A stretch of 32,000 nucleotides of DNA, from contig OZ245822.1 in NCBI GenBank assembly GCA_965228545.1, forward strand, positions 3,162,795-3,194,794, given 5' to 3'. Under the pieces are notes generated by a model. The model was not told where the DNA came from. It made no database searches and worked only from the letters and a program-made list of their open reading frames with translations. The position numbers were made by a program, and so were the translations under genes. Each line of letters begins with the position of its first letter. Within the stretch, counting starts at the first letter, position 1. Shown piece by piece: positions 18,684 through 27,226 of this stretch. The stretch is from Balneolaceae bacterium. Lineage in GTDB: Bacteria; Bacteroidota; Rhodothermia; Balneolales; Balneolaceae.

Positions 18684-20525
18684 ATGGATAAAAAATTTTC
18701 ACTTACTGGGATAAGGTCGGTTAAAAAAGATCGTCAGTTTTTTGTCGACCCTTTAGAAGAAATTGAACAGCCGGGTATAAAAATAATGAACCGGGTTTCA
18801 TTTTTTCTTCTGCTAGTTTGTGTTGTTTTTTTAATTCCATTTCATTTTAATGAGTCGGTTTCTCTAACCTGGTTTTTCTTATCAGAGGCACTTGCATTCG
18901 GATTGATACCCATTCTGGCTCGTCAAGGATATGTGAATACAGCAAAAATGCTGCACATCATCTACATCGATATTGGTATTATTGTGCTAAGTTCCGTTTT
19001 TGGCAGCGACGCGCTTATTCAGGCCTTTTTTATCCCAACAATGGGGCTTTCAATTCTTCTTTTCGATACGAAGAATATCAAACTACGAAACCTATCAATT
19101 TTTATATCCATTTTATCTTACATCGTTTTAGACTATGTGATATTTGATCAGGTTGCTATTTCGGAGGACGGGTATAACATCATCAGATGGAGTGTGTTAA
19201 CAGCTGCTTTTGTCACTACTTGGTTAATTTTTAATACCTTTGCAGAATTTAAAGAGAGTGCAGAAAGTAAAACTACGGAGTTGCTCCAGAAAGAAATCGA
19301 ACTAAATAAACAGCTTGGCATTAATCAACGCAAATTAGAGAAATATATCGCTGAGCTGGAGGAAGCCCGGAAGCAATTAGAGCATAATACGAAGGCGAAA
19401 TCGGAGTTTCTGGCAACGATGAGTCATGAAATTCGCACTCCCATGAATGCGATTATGGGGATGACGCACATGCTGCAAAAAGATAAGCCAAGAGAAGATC
19501 AGCTGGAGCCTTTAAATATTCTCGACTTCTCCGGCAAAACGTTACTCACGTTAATAGATGACGTACTGGATTTCTCTAAAATTGAAGCCGGGAGAATCGA
19601 GTTTGAGCGCACCGAATTTGATCTAGAGCAATTAATAGGCGCCATTATAGAATCTTTTAAAGTGTCTGCATCCAATAAAGGTATCGAGTTAAATAGCGAA
19701 ATAGGCGAGGGCATTCACAATGTATTAATTGGTGATCCGGCACGGTTAACACAGATCATTAATAATCTGGTGAGTAATGCTATCAAATTTACCGAAGAAG
19801 GTAGTGTTCATTTAACCGTGAATAAACACATCGAAACCCACGAGAATATTGTAATAGCATTTGTTATTGCCGATACCGGTATTGGAATTCCGGCTGAGCG
19901 TGTTGATACCATTTTCGACAGTTTTACCCAAGCAAGTGGTAGCACTAAACGATTGTATGGCGGAACCGGACTTGGTCTAACCATCAGTAAAGAATTAACC
20001 GAACTTCAAGGTGGTGAACTGCAGTTAGAAACAGAAGAAGGGAAAGGAACCACATTTACAGTTACACTTACATTTGAAAAAGGTAAAGAGCACTTACTAC
20101 ACAATTCACCGGCAAAAACTGTAGACTCAGATTCGGATATCGCAGCGATTCGAGGCTCCTATGTGTTACTTGCAGAAGACAATATTGTGAACCAAAAAGT
20201 AATGCAACGCTTTCTGGAGCGATGGGAAATTAAGCTCAAGATTGTAGAAACCGGTGAAGAAGCAGTAGAAGCTGTAAAAAAAGAACAATTCGATTTAATT
20301 TTGATGGATTTACAAATGCCTGTTATGGATGGTTACGAGGCCACATCAAAAATTCGCGAATTAGAAGATCCCGCAAAAAAGACAATACCTATAATTGCGC
20401 TTACAGCTGCTGCTTTAAAAGAAGTGAAAGACCAAGTGTACGACTGCGGGATGGATGATTTTGTTACCAAACCCTTTAACCCCGACGACTTGCAAAGAGC
20501 TATGGTCTCTTTAATCAAACGCTAG
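18684..20525 (+). CDS. Hybrid sensor histidine kinase/response regulator with polytopic membrane N-terminus
   Basis: About 5-6 TM segments are followed by a coiled coil. The H-box is SEFLATMSHEIRTPMNAIMG. The HATPase boxes are NLVSNAIKFT, DTGIGIP and GGTGLGLTISK. The C-terminal REC domain reads LLAEDN...DLILMDLQMPVMDG...KP. Confidence 0.9.
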   Translation: MDKKFSLTGIRSVKKDRQFFVDPLEEIEQPGIKIMNRVSFFLLLVCVVFLIPFHFNESVSLTWFFLSEALAFGLIPILARQGYVNTAKMLHIIYIDIGIIVLSSVFGSDALIQAFFIPTMGLSILLFDTKNIKLRNLSIFISILSYIVLDYVIFDQVAISEDGYNIIRWSVLTAAFVTTWLIFNTFAEFKESAESKTTELLQKEIELNKQLGINQRKLEKYIAELEEARKQLEHNTKAKSEFLATMSHEIRTPMNAIMGMTHMLQKDKPREDQLEPLNILDFSGKTLLTLIDDVLDFSKIEAGRIEFERTEFDLEQLIGAIIESFKVSASNKGIELNSEIGEGIHNVLIGDPARLTQIINNLVSNAIKFTEEGSVHLTVNKHIETHENIVIAFVIADTGIGIPAERVDTIFDSFTQASGSTKRLYGGTGLGLTISKELTELQGGELQLETEEGKGTTFTVTLTFEKGKEHLLHNSPAKTVDSDSDIAAIRGSYVLLAEDNIVNQKVMQRFLERWEIKLKIVETGEEAVEAVKKEQFDLILMDLQMPVMDGYEATSKIRELEDPAKKTIPIIALTAAALKEVKDQVYDCGMDDFVTKPFNPDDLQRAMVSLIKR

Positions 20526-20936
20526 TTCTTGTTTTTTGAAAAAATAGGTGGTGTAACCTGGTGGTAAGTCTTTTATTTCACCACAAATCTGATAACCCAT
20601 CTTCTGATAAAAAACCGGAGCCTGAAAACTTGCCGTGCTTACATAATATGAAAACACTTCACGAGCATTAGCTTCCTTTTCAATGGATTGCATCAATTTT
20701 TTCCCTATACCTTCACTGCGATGTTCGGGATGTACCCACAACAAATCTATATACAACCACCGCCAGGCGATTTTTCCATAAATACCACCAATCAGCTCAT
20801 TTTTATCATTCTCGACTTTAATATATAACTGGTGATAATTCGAAAGTGCTGTTATTGATTGATTGTATGCCCGCAATGCAGCTCGTAGTTCATCAATTTC
20901 TTCGGCTTTGGGATGCTCATCGATGCTTATTGTCAT
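20511..20936 (-). CDS. GNAT-family N-acetyltransferase
   Basis: The acetyl-CoA motif is LWVHPEHRSEGIGKKLMQSIEKEA. Its 3' end overlaps the kinase gene convergently by 15 nt. Confidence 0.8.
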   Translation of the reverse strand: MTISIDEHPKAEEIDELRAALRAYNQSITALSNYHQLYIKVENDKNELIGGIYGKIAWRWLYIDLLWVHPEHRSEGIGKKLMQSIEKEANAREVFSYYVSTASFQAPVFYQKMGYQICGEIKDLPPGYTTYFFKKQELAFD

Positions 20937-21019
20937 AGTTTAGTTTTTAAATTGATGTCCCGTTTTCGTTCATTCAATTGTAATTGAGGTATACGTTAAT
21001 ATCAACCAAAGGAGAAAAC

Positions 21020-21361
21020 ATGAATAAGTATATGCTTATTTTATTCGAATCATCTGACAGTTATGCAACAATGACGCCTCAGGAATACCAGAACGAGATA
21101 AACGAGCACGCTACTTGGATTAAAGAATTGGGTGAACGCTACCATTCTGGTGAGCCGCTTGAAAACGAAGCCTATTCGATTCGCGGTAAAGAAAAACTCG
21201 TAACTGATGGCCCTTTTATTGAAGCTAAAGAGTTGGTGAGCGGCTTTTATATTATAAACGCAAACAGCTTGGAAGAAGCAATAGAGCTATCTAAAGGATG
21301 TCCAATTCTTCGATTAGGAGGATCGGTGGAGGTACGTCCGGTAATGCATTTTGAGATGTAA
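21020..21361 (+). CDS. YCII-related (DGPF-domain) protein
   Basis: The DGPF motif is present (VTDGPFIEAKELVSGFYII). The ATG at 21020 is preceded by AAAGGAG (21008-21014). The ORF-track start at 20984 is probably too far upstream. Confidence 0.8.
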   Translation: MNKYMLILFESSDSYATMTPQEYQNEINEHATWIKELGERYHSGEPLENEAYSIRGKEKLVTDGPFIEAKELVSGFYIINANSLEEAIELSKGCPILRLGGSVEVRPVMHFEM

Positions 21362-22626
21362 TGCAGCCGAAAAATCAACTCATAGACCATCTTTTTAGGC
21401 ATCAATCTGGAAAGATGGCTTCCATCTTAATCGGGATGCATGGGTTTCGAAACGCAAGCATAATTGAGGATGCTATTCAGGATACGTTTGTTGCGGCGCT
21501 TAAACTTTGGAGTATGAAAGGGGTGCCGAGTTACCCCGAAGCGTGGCTGATGAAAGTTGCGCGTAATAAGACCATCAACGAATTAAAACGAATAGGGCGG
21601 CATCAAGAACTCAATATAATAGCCATTCAAGAAAAAAATGATGACGAACCTAATACCGTGCTAACCATAGAGGACGAAAAATTTGTGCAATTAAAGGCAT
21701 TGTTTGGTTGTTGCAATCCACTACTCTCGGTTAAGGCACAAATTATGACTACCCTGAAATATGTATGCGGTTTTGGTGATAAAGAAATAGCCCGAGCCTT
21801 GTTTATGGAGCCTTCTGCAGTGAGAAAGGCAATATATAGGACAAAAAATACGCTTAAAGATCATCAAAACTATTTCTTGGAATTGTCGGATTTGGAGTTG
21901 AAACAGCGCCTAACTACCGTTGAGATGGTGTTGTATTTGATGTTTAATGAGGGATATTCGGCGAGTAGTGGCGCCGAAGAACTAAATGTTGATATAAGCT
22001 TTGAAGCGCTACGATTAACGGAATGGATTTTGGACAAGGAAACAATTTCTGAGGCCTCCACGCACGCTCTATTTGCACTAATGCTTTTTCAGTTTGCCCG
22101 TTTCGAAGCCCGCTTGATTGATAAAGACATTCCCACATCAATTGAAGAGCAAGACCGAAGCCTATGGAATCAAACATTAATTAAAAAAGGGCTTCATCAT
22201 CAAAAATTATCACGCCAAACGGAAGTTCTAACACGATTCCACATCGAATGTGGGATAGCAGCTATCCATTGTACCGCAAAATCTTATGATGAGACCCAAT
22301 GGGATCAGATTGTAGCATTATATCGCCAATTACTCCCATTTGATGATTCTATTCCTATTCAAACTAATCTGGCAATTGCACTGTGCGAACAAGGAAACAC
22401 AAAAGAAAGCAATCAATTATTACAGAGCTTGATTTCGTCAGCATCCTATGATTTTCCGGTATTATTTGCGGCTTTGGGGCGAGTGCACGAAAAAAAGGGG
22501 GAGTTTGAACAGGCAAAATCGTACTACACGGTAGCAAAAGAGCATAGCAAAACTCGGTTTGAAAAAAATTTCATGGCCGAAAAGTTGCTTCAATTAACAC
22601 TCAGAACCATACATTGTCAAAATTAG
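21361..22626 (+). CDS. ECF sigma factor with long C-terminal TPR-like extension (ECF42-type)
   Basis: Region 2 is EDAIQDTFVAALKLW...PEAWLMKVARNKTINELKR. Region 4 is LKYVCGFGDKEIARALFMEPSAVRKAIYRTKNTL. LYLMFNEGYSASSG and a ~200-aa helical extension follow. It is coupled to the YCII gene by a TAATG overlap. Confidence 0.8.
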   Translation: MQPKNQLIDHLFRHQSGKMASILIGMHGFRNASIIEDAIQDTFVAALKLWSMKGVPSYPEAWLMKVARNKTINELKRIGRHQELNIIAIQEKNDDEPNTVLTIEDEKFVQLKALFGCCNPLLSVKAQIMTTLKYVCGFGDKEIARALFMEPSAVRKAIYRTKNTLKDHQNYFLELSDLELKQRLTTVEMVLYLMFNEGYSASSGAEELNVDISFEALRLTEWILDKETISEASTHALFALMLFQFARFEARLIDKDIPTSIEEQDRSLWNQTLIKKGLHHQKLSRQTEVLTRFHIECGIAAIHCTAKSYDETQWDQIVALYRQLLPFDDSIPIQTNLAIALCEQGNTKESNQLLQSLISSASYDFPVLFAALGRVHEKKGEFEQAKSYYTVAKEHSKTRFEKNFMAEKLLQLTLRTIHCQN

Positions 22627-22663
22627 AAGCTAAATAAGTTATAGAGAACGTGATGATTTATGT

Positions 22664-22672
22664 TGTGGATAA
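22664..22672 (-). promoter_or_regulatory. Perfect DnaA-box consensus 9-mer (TTATCCACA on the minus strand)
   Basis: TGTGGATAA is read on the plus strand inside the AT-rich intergenic region. This may be a chance match; see findings. Confidence 0.25.
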
Positions 22673-22780
22673 TTATTAGCTAAAAGGTAGTTAAGATACT
22701 AATACGCCTTTTTTAGTAGCTTAGATAGTGATAATAAGTAGAAAATAGTAAGTAGTATTATGTAGTTTTTTTAATAATAA

Positions 22781-22789
22781 TGTGGAAAA
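22781..22789 (-). promoter_or_regulatory. Near-consensus DnaA-box-like 9-mer (TTTTCCACA on the minus strand)
   Basis: TGTGGAAAA is read on the plus strand. It has the same orientation as the box at 22664 and lies 117 bp downstream of it. Confidence 0.2.
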
Positions 22790-22872
22790 CTCTAAAATTT
22801 TCTGCATACTTAGGCTCTTTTCGTAAAAAAATTCAAAAATAAAGGCATCAACTTACTCTACAGGGGTTTGAA

Positions 22873-24717
22873 ATGGTTGGGAAAACACACAAATGGCTTT
22901 TAATATTGGTATTTGCCTTTTTAAGCACCGGTATTATTGCGCAAACCTTACCCGGACAGGCGGTAGCTACCGATGTTCAGGAGGAAGCGGCAAAGTACGA
23001 GCAGTACTATGAAGTAATTTTAAATAATGCACTCTCCGATTATTACCGACGAGGTACATTTATTGTAGACGCTAAAGCCACCCTCGAACGAGTGCTGGTA
23101 CCAAGAGGCTACGAAGTAATTGAAGGGGAAGAACCCGTTCGGATCGAAAATTTGCCGGGTCTTCCTTTTGTGCCACCGAACCTGCAACGTTCTACCAACG
23201 GAACTACCGATAGTTTAAAGGCTTCTGGTTTTGACGCGCAATTTAGATTAACACGCCTCACCATAAAAGTACTGGTAGATACTTCATATAGCGATGAAGA
23301 TGTAGAGTTCGTAGAAGAAGCAACCGCTTTAATTGCTAATGCCGATCCTTTTCGTGGCGATATTGTAACGGTTGAAAAAAAGGTTTTTCCAAGAAGTGCT
23401 CGAGCAATAGAGCAAGATGTTAGAAATCAATCGGGCCAAACACAAAATATGGCTGAAGAACCTCAAGTTGAACTGCTTGAGCCGGTTACCAATCAGCAAG
23501 CAGAAACCCAGGAGAAGAATATGTTTCTAGGGATTGATTGGAATAATCCACAACATTTAATCTATGTGATTGCAATATTGGGAACGCTATTCTTGATAGC
23601 CTTATTGGTAATATTATTGAGGCGCCCTTCAAAACATGAAGAAGAATATCGAGTTCCAACAATGCCGGCATACAAGCCCGGAGAACCAATGCCCGCAGCC
23701 GAAACCAAGGTTGAGCCTAAAGGCCCTGATGCTAAAACACTTGCACAACACGAAGAGGATAAAACCTTTGTAACCAATTCTTGTATCAGCCACCCAGATA
23801 AAGTAGCCGACTTAGTTGAACAATGGATTGCCAGTGATGATGAGCAGGGCATTATTCGTTCGGCACGTTCATTAAATTGCGTTGACGAAAAACTGATAAA
23901 TGTGCTGGAGCCGCATTTGAAAGTAGAGCACTATGAGTCGGTTAAATATGCAATTCAGAATTTGGAGCCAGTTCCGATCGATGAAAAAATTGATGAAGTG
24001 AAGGCTTTAAGAAGAAGTTTACAACAAATAAACTCTAAAAATGGTACGGCTGATTCCGGTTCGAACCTATTTGATTTTGTATATCAACTAACTGATGTAC
24101 AATTGTTGCACCTAATTAAAGAAGAGTCGGATGAATTAGTTGCCATATTACTTGCCCAAATTGCAGGTGAACGAGCCGGAGTAATTCTGCAAAAGATGGA
24201 CGACCAGAAGCGAATTTCAATTCTGCTGAAAATGGGTAAGATTAATAATATCCCTATTTCGGTATATAAAAAGGTGGCTGCTCACTTCTCGAATAAAGCA
24301 TTGTCGGTGTCTGATATGAAGTATGTTGCCGCAGACGGTATCGACTCGATTCTTACCACACTCGAGACCATGCCATTATCCGAGCAAGACGAGTATGTAC
24401 GTTCCATTGCCGAGCAGGATCTTAACCTGGCAAAACGAATTAAGAAATTTTTCATTGGTTTTGATGACCTACCGAAAGTGAAAGACGATTTTGTTCAAAG
24501 TGCACTGGAAGATATCCAAACTGAAACTTTGATTTTGGCACTTAAAACCGCACCAGCGGCAGTTAGAGAAAAGATTCTAAAAGTGCGCCCAAAACGTGAA
24601 CAACAGTTAATACTTTCTGAAGTAGACAACCCGGCAGATGTACCAAAAGCTAGTATCGAAGATGCCCAAAAAACGGTGTTGTATGCAGTTCGTAGAAAAA
24701 TGAAGACTGAGGGCTAA
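22873..24717 (+). CDS. Membrane-tethered FliF-C-like / FliG-like fusion protein (candidate rotor)
   Basis: The N-terminal hydrophobic segment is WLLILVFAFLSTGIIAQ. The periplasmic part ends in a FliF-C-type motif (LTRLTIKVLVD...ADPFRGDIVTVEKKVF, RGD at nt 23353-23361). The TM helix is LIYVIAILGTLFLIALLVILL (about nt 23557-23619). The cytoplasmic region from aa ~306-612 is collinear with FliG N/M/C, for example FFIGFDDLPKVKDDFVQSALEDIQTETLILALKTAPAAVREKILKVRPKREQQLILSEVDNPADVPKASIEDAQKTVLYAVRRK versus T. maritima FliG MFVFEDILKLDDRSIQLVLREVDTRDLALALKGASDELKEKIFKNMSKRAAALLKDELEYMGPVRLKDVEEAQQKIINIIRRL. Confidence 0.7.
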   Translation: MVGKTHKWLLILVFAFLSTGIIAQTLPGQAVATDVQEEAAKYEQYYEVILNNALSDYYRRGTFIVDAKATLERVLVPRGYEVIEGEEPVRIENLPGLPFVPPNLQRSTNGTTDSLKASGFDAQFRLTRLTIKVLVDTSYSDEDVEFVEEATALIANADPFRGDIVTVEKKVFPRSARAIEQDVRNQSGQTQNMAEEPQVELLEPVTNQQAETQEKNMFLGIDWNNPQHLIYVIAILGTLFLIALLVILLRRPSKHEEEYRVPTMPAYKPGEPMPAAETKVEPKGPDAKTLAQHEEDKTFVTNSCISHPDKVADLVEQWIASDDEQGIIRSARSLNCVDEKLINVLEPHLKVEHYESVKYAIQNLEPVPIDEKIDEVKALRRSLQQINSKNGTADSGSNLFDFVYQLTDVQLLHLIKEESDELVAILLAQIAGERAGVILQKMDDQKRISILLKMGKINNIPISVYKKVAAHFSNKALSVSDMKYVAADGIDSILTTLETMPLSEQDEYVRSIAEQDLNLAKRIKKFFIGFDDLPKVKDDFVQSALEDIQTETLILALKTAPAAVREKILKVRPKREQQLILSEVDNPADVPKASIEDAQKTVLYAVRRKMKTEG

Positions 24718-24719
24718 GC

Positions 24720-25805
24720 ATGAAAAGAATAGTACCGCTTGGTTTTCTGATACTACTACTTGGCTCAGTTGAATTAGTTCAGGCACAAACCCACGAAGAA
24801 GGTGTGCCGTATCAAATGGAGTTGATTAGTATCCAAATGGCGGATCAACTAAACGATATTCCTGCAAATATTCGCAGAGTTGCGGTATATAAGATGAACT
24901 ACAACGCTATGCGCTTTACAATGCAGGAAGTAGAGTTTATCCGTAGCGAAATAGAAGCTTCATTAAGTGAATATGCCGGATTAACAGTGCTTTCTCCACC
25001 AGAGCTGGAACCTAATGATAAAATGAAAATTTTCGGCAGCGACAGTACCCTGCAGATTCTAAATATTCAAGGAAGATCTTTGGCTGATGTTTCCCCAGAA
25101 TTTCTTTCCGAAATTAGCTCAAAATATGGAGTAAACGGTCTTATTGAGGTTGGCATGCAACGCCGTAATCCAGATGGATTAATACTTTCGATGAGAATGA
25201 TGAACCCAAATTCCAGAGAAATTGTATGGACAAAAAGCTTCATTGCCAATCCATTCGAGATAGAGGAAGAAGTGGACAAAGGGAATACCCTTGTATTTTC
25301 TTTCGGGGCTGGTGCACTGCAAACAGAATCAAAATTCAGAACGGATACTTCGTTTGCAAACCAAGATACGGCGTTTAGTTCTCTCGTATTTAATTATGCA
25401 GCAAATGTATCGTATCGCCAGCCAATTAATGCGGAAAATAGCGCATTTATAGGTTTTACCGGAGGTATTAATTTGCTGCGTTCGAGCCAAGACAATGATT
25501 TTGATCTAACTCTGATAGAACTAGGAATATCATACTATCAGGCGCTGTCTCCAGAAAAGAATGTGACAATCAATGATTATAAAATGATGCTGTTTTTGAA
25601 ATCCAGTATTCTATTTCCTGTGAGTTCGGTTCAAGGAGAAATACTTTCGGCCCAACCAGGACTAATGCTCAATTTGAGTAAAAACCTTGGGGTATCATTT
25701 TATACCAGCTTGATTTTATCCGGCGAAGAATTAACTCTGGAAAACAACGACAGAATAACATACAACAAGGTTGGATATGGAGTACATGCAGTTGTCAGGT
25801 TCTAA
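24720..25805 (+). CDS. Probable outer-membrane protein: periplasmic alpha/beta N-domain plus C-terminal beta-barrel
   Basis: The signal peptide ends VQAQ. The C-terminal half has alternating hydrophobic residues and ends in the OMP beta-signal YGVHAVVRF. The N-half pattern (IRRVAVYKMNYNA...GVNGLIEVGMQRRNPDGLILSMRMMNPNSREIVWTKSF) weakly recalls CsgG/LpoB/TolB-N/FlgO-type modules. Confidence 0.5.
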   Translation: MKRIVPLGFLILLLGSVELVQAQTHEEGVPYQMELISIQMADQLNDIPANIRRVAVYKMNYNAMRFTMQEVEFIRSEIEASLSEYAGLTVLSPPELEPNDKMKIFGSDSTLQILNIQGRSLADVSPEFLSEISSKYGVNGLIEVGMQRRNPDGLILSMRMMNPNSREIVWTKSFIANPFEIEEEVDKGNTLVFSFGAGALQTESKFRTDTSFANQDTAFSSLVFNYAANVSYRQPINAENSAFIGFTGGINLLRSSQDNDFDLTLIELGISYYQALSPEKNVTINDYKMMLFLKSSILFPVSSVQGEILSAQPGLMLNLSKNLGVSFYTSLILSGEELTLENNDRITYNKVGYGVHAVVRF

Positions 25806-26397
25806 ATCGATTTTACTTTTGATCTTGGTTGCATTTGCAAGCTATGGCTGTAAATCAAGCGAGCCTATTCAAGCGAATTCGCAGCCTACGTTTCAAACCA
25901 TGCCAGAAATAACAACCTCTGATGCGAGGAATGAAACCAATCAGAATGAAGACAAGCCAAACCCGGTAATTGTTACCTACCGCAACGCAAGTTCTGCAAT
26001 TCAAATTACCCTAGATCCCAGTAGGGATGAATTTTATCTTGATTTAAAAGGGATGACACCTACAGAAAAGGATTCTATCGTTGTTGTAGACTCCTCTATT
26101 GTTAACAATCGCGCTCGGGATATTCAAACGCTTTTATCGAGCTACAGGAAAGCGCAAGATCTGTTTTATTTAGGTGAGTACAAAGATGCTTTAGATGAGG
26201 TAGAGAAAACACTAGAGATTCAAGAAACGGCAGATGCTTATGCGCTAAAGGGTACCATATTTTTTATGATGGAGAATATAACAGCAGCCAGAGCAAACTG
26301 GAATAAAGCAGTGCAAATGGATCCTAATATTCCGGTTCCAAGCATACCGGAATTAGAAACTTTAATTAACGAACTACGAGAGGACGGTAGACAATGA
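25786..26397 (+). CDS. TPR-repeat lipoprotein
   Basis: The signal with Cys is SILLLILVAFASYGC. The TPR-like helices are AQDLFYLGEYKDALDEVEKTLEIQETADAYALKGTIFFMMENITAARANWNKAVQMDPN. The start is ambiguous (TTG 25771, ATG 25777 or ATG 25786), and every option overlaps the upstream gene. Confidence 0.6.
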   Translation: MQLSGSKSILLLILVAFASYGCKSSEPIQANSQPTFQTMPEITTSDARNETNQNEDKPNPVIVTYRNASSAIQITLDPSRDEFYLDLKGMTPTEKDSIVVVDSSIVNNRARDIQTLLSSYRKAQDLFYLGEYKDALDEVEKTLEIQETADAYALKGTIFFMMENITAARANWNKAVQMDPNIPVPSIPELETLINELREDGRQ

Positions 26398-27212
26398 GAC
26401 TTTCGTTAACCAACATACTTGGGGTGATTTTCAGTATTGGAATATTAGTTTTCGGAATCACTGAAATAACTAATGTAACGGCTGTACTAAGCTCCATACC
26501 GGCGCTATCGCAGTACACGTTTTTAAATCTTCCAAGTTTATTTATTGTGATGGGTGGAATTTTAAATGCCGTTTTCATTACCTATCAACCAAAATATGTA
26601 GGGCAAGCTTTTGCAGGCATTTTCTACATTTTCAGCCAGGCAAAAACATCATCAAAAACCCTAGAAAATGATCTCGGCGAAATGCTGGTGTGGAACGATC
26701 AGATAAAAAATAACAGGGTTAACGCCTTATCGAAACTAGAAGACGAACACAATGGTGAAGTTTCGGGCTATTTATTCTCGCTAATGAGTACAAACTACTC
26801 TAATGAGGATATTAAATCGTTTGGTTCTAACCACATCGAAGAGCAATATTTCCGCCAGCTTGTAGTGGTAGATGTGCTACGTGCAATGGGGGCAGCAGCG
26901 CCTTCTTTTGGGATGTTTGGAACTCTGTTCGGATTGGTTGTAATGCTCGGCCAGCTTGAAAATCCATCCGGTATGGGGCCCGGGCTTGCCGCGGCATTAA
27001 TTACAACCTTGTACGGCATCTCTCTTGCTCGATTTATCTTTTATCCGGTGGCTGAAAAAATTAAAAATGTGGCACAGCTCAATCGTTTTCGAGAATACTT
27101 TATTCTTGAAGGTGTTTTGCTGATTAATGAGAAGAAATCATCGTTTTACATTCAGGATAAATTAAGCACATACTTAAGAAGAGACTTCAAGAATAAGCAG
27201 GTAGCAGATTAA
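26394..27212 (+). CDS. MotA/PomA-family stator proton-channel subunit
   Basis: It has a 4-TM topology with a large TM2-TM3 cytoplasmic loop. The TM3/TM4 signature is AAAPSFGMFGTLFGLVVMLGQL...LAAALITTLYGISLARFIFYPVAEKI, with both conserved prolines present. It overlaps the upstream gene by an ATGA. Confidence 0.8.
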   Translation: MRLSLTNILGVIFSIGILVFGITEITNVTAVLSSIPALSQYTFLNLPSLFIVMGGILNAVFITYQPKYVGQAFAGIFYIFSQAKTSSKTLENDLGEMLVWNDQIKNNRVNALSKLEDEHNGEVSGYLFSLMSTNYSNEDIKSFGSNHIEEQYFRQLVVVDVLRAMGAAAPSFGMFGTLFGLVVMLGQLENPSGMGPGLAAALITTLYGISLARFIFYPVAEKIKNVAQLNRFREYFILEGVLLINEKKSSFYIQDKLSTYLRRDFKNKQVAD

Positions 27213-27226
27213 AATGGAGGCTTTCG

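Noticed and set aside
20984-21019. The start at 20984 for the YCII-like gene.
   Set aside because: The ATG at 21020 is preceded by AAAGGAG at proper spacing, and the family normally begins near MxKYMLLxxE.
22627-22872. The chromosomal replication origin (oriC).
   Set aside because: Only two DnaA-box-like 9-mers are present. Genes on both sides are on the same strand, so there is no divergence of gene orientation. No dnaA/dnaN or other origin-linked genes are nearby. A perfect box also occurs by chance inside a CDS at 17925-17933.
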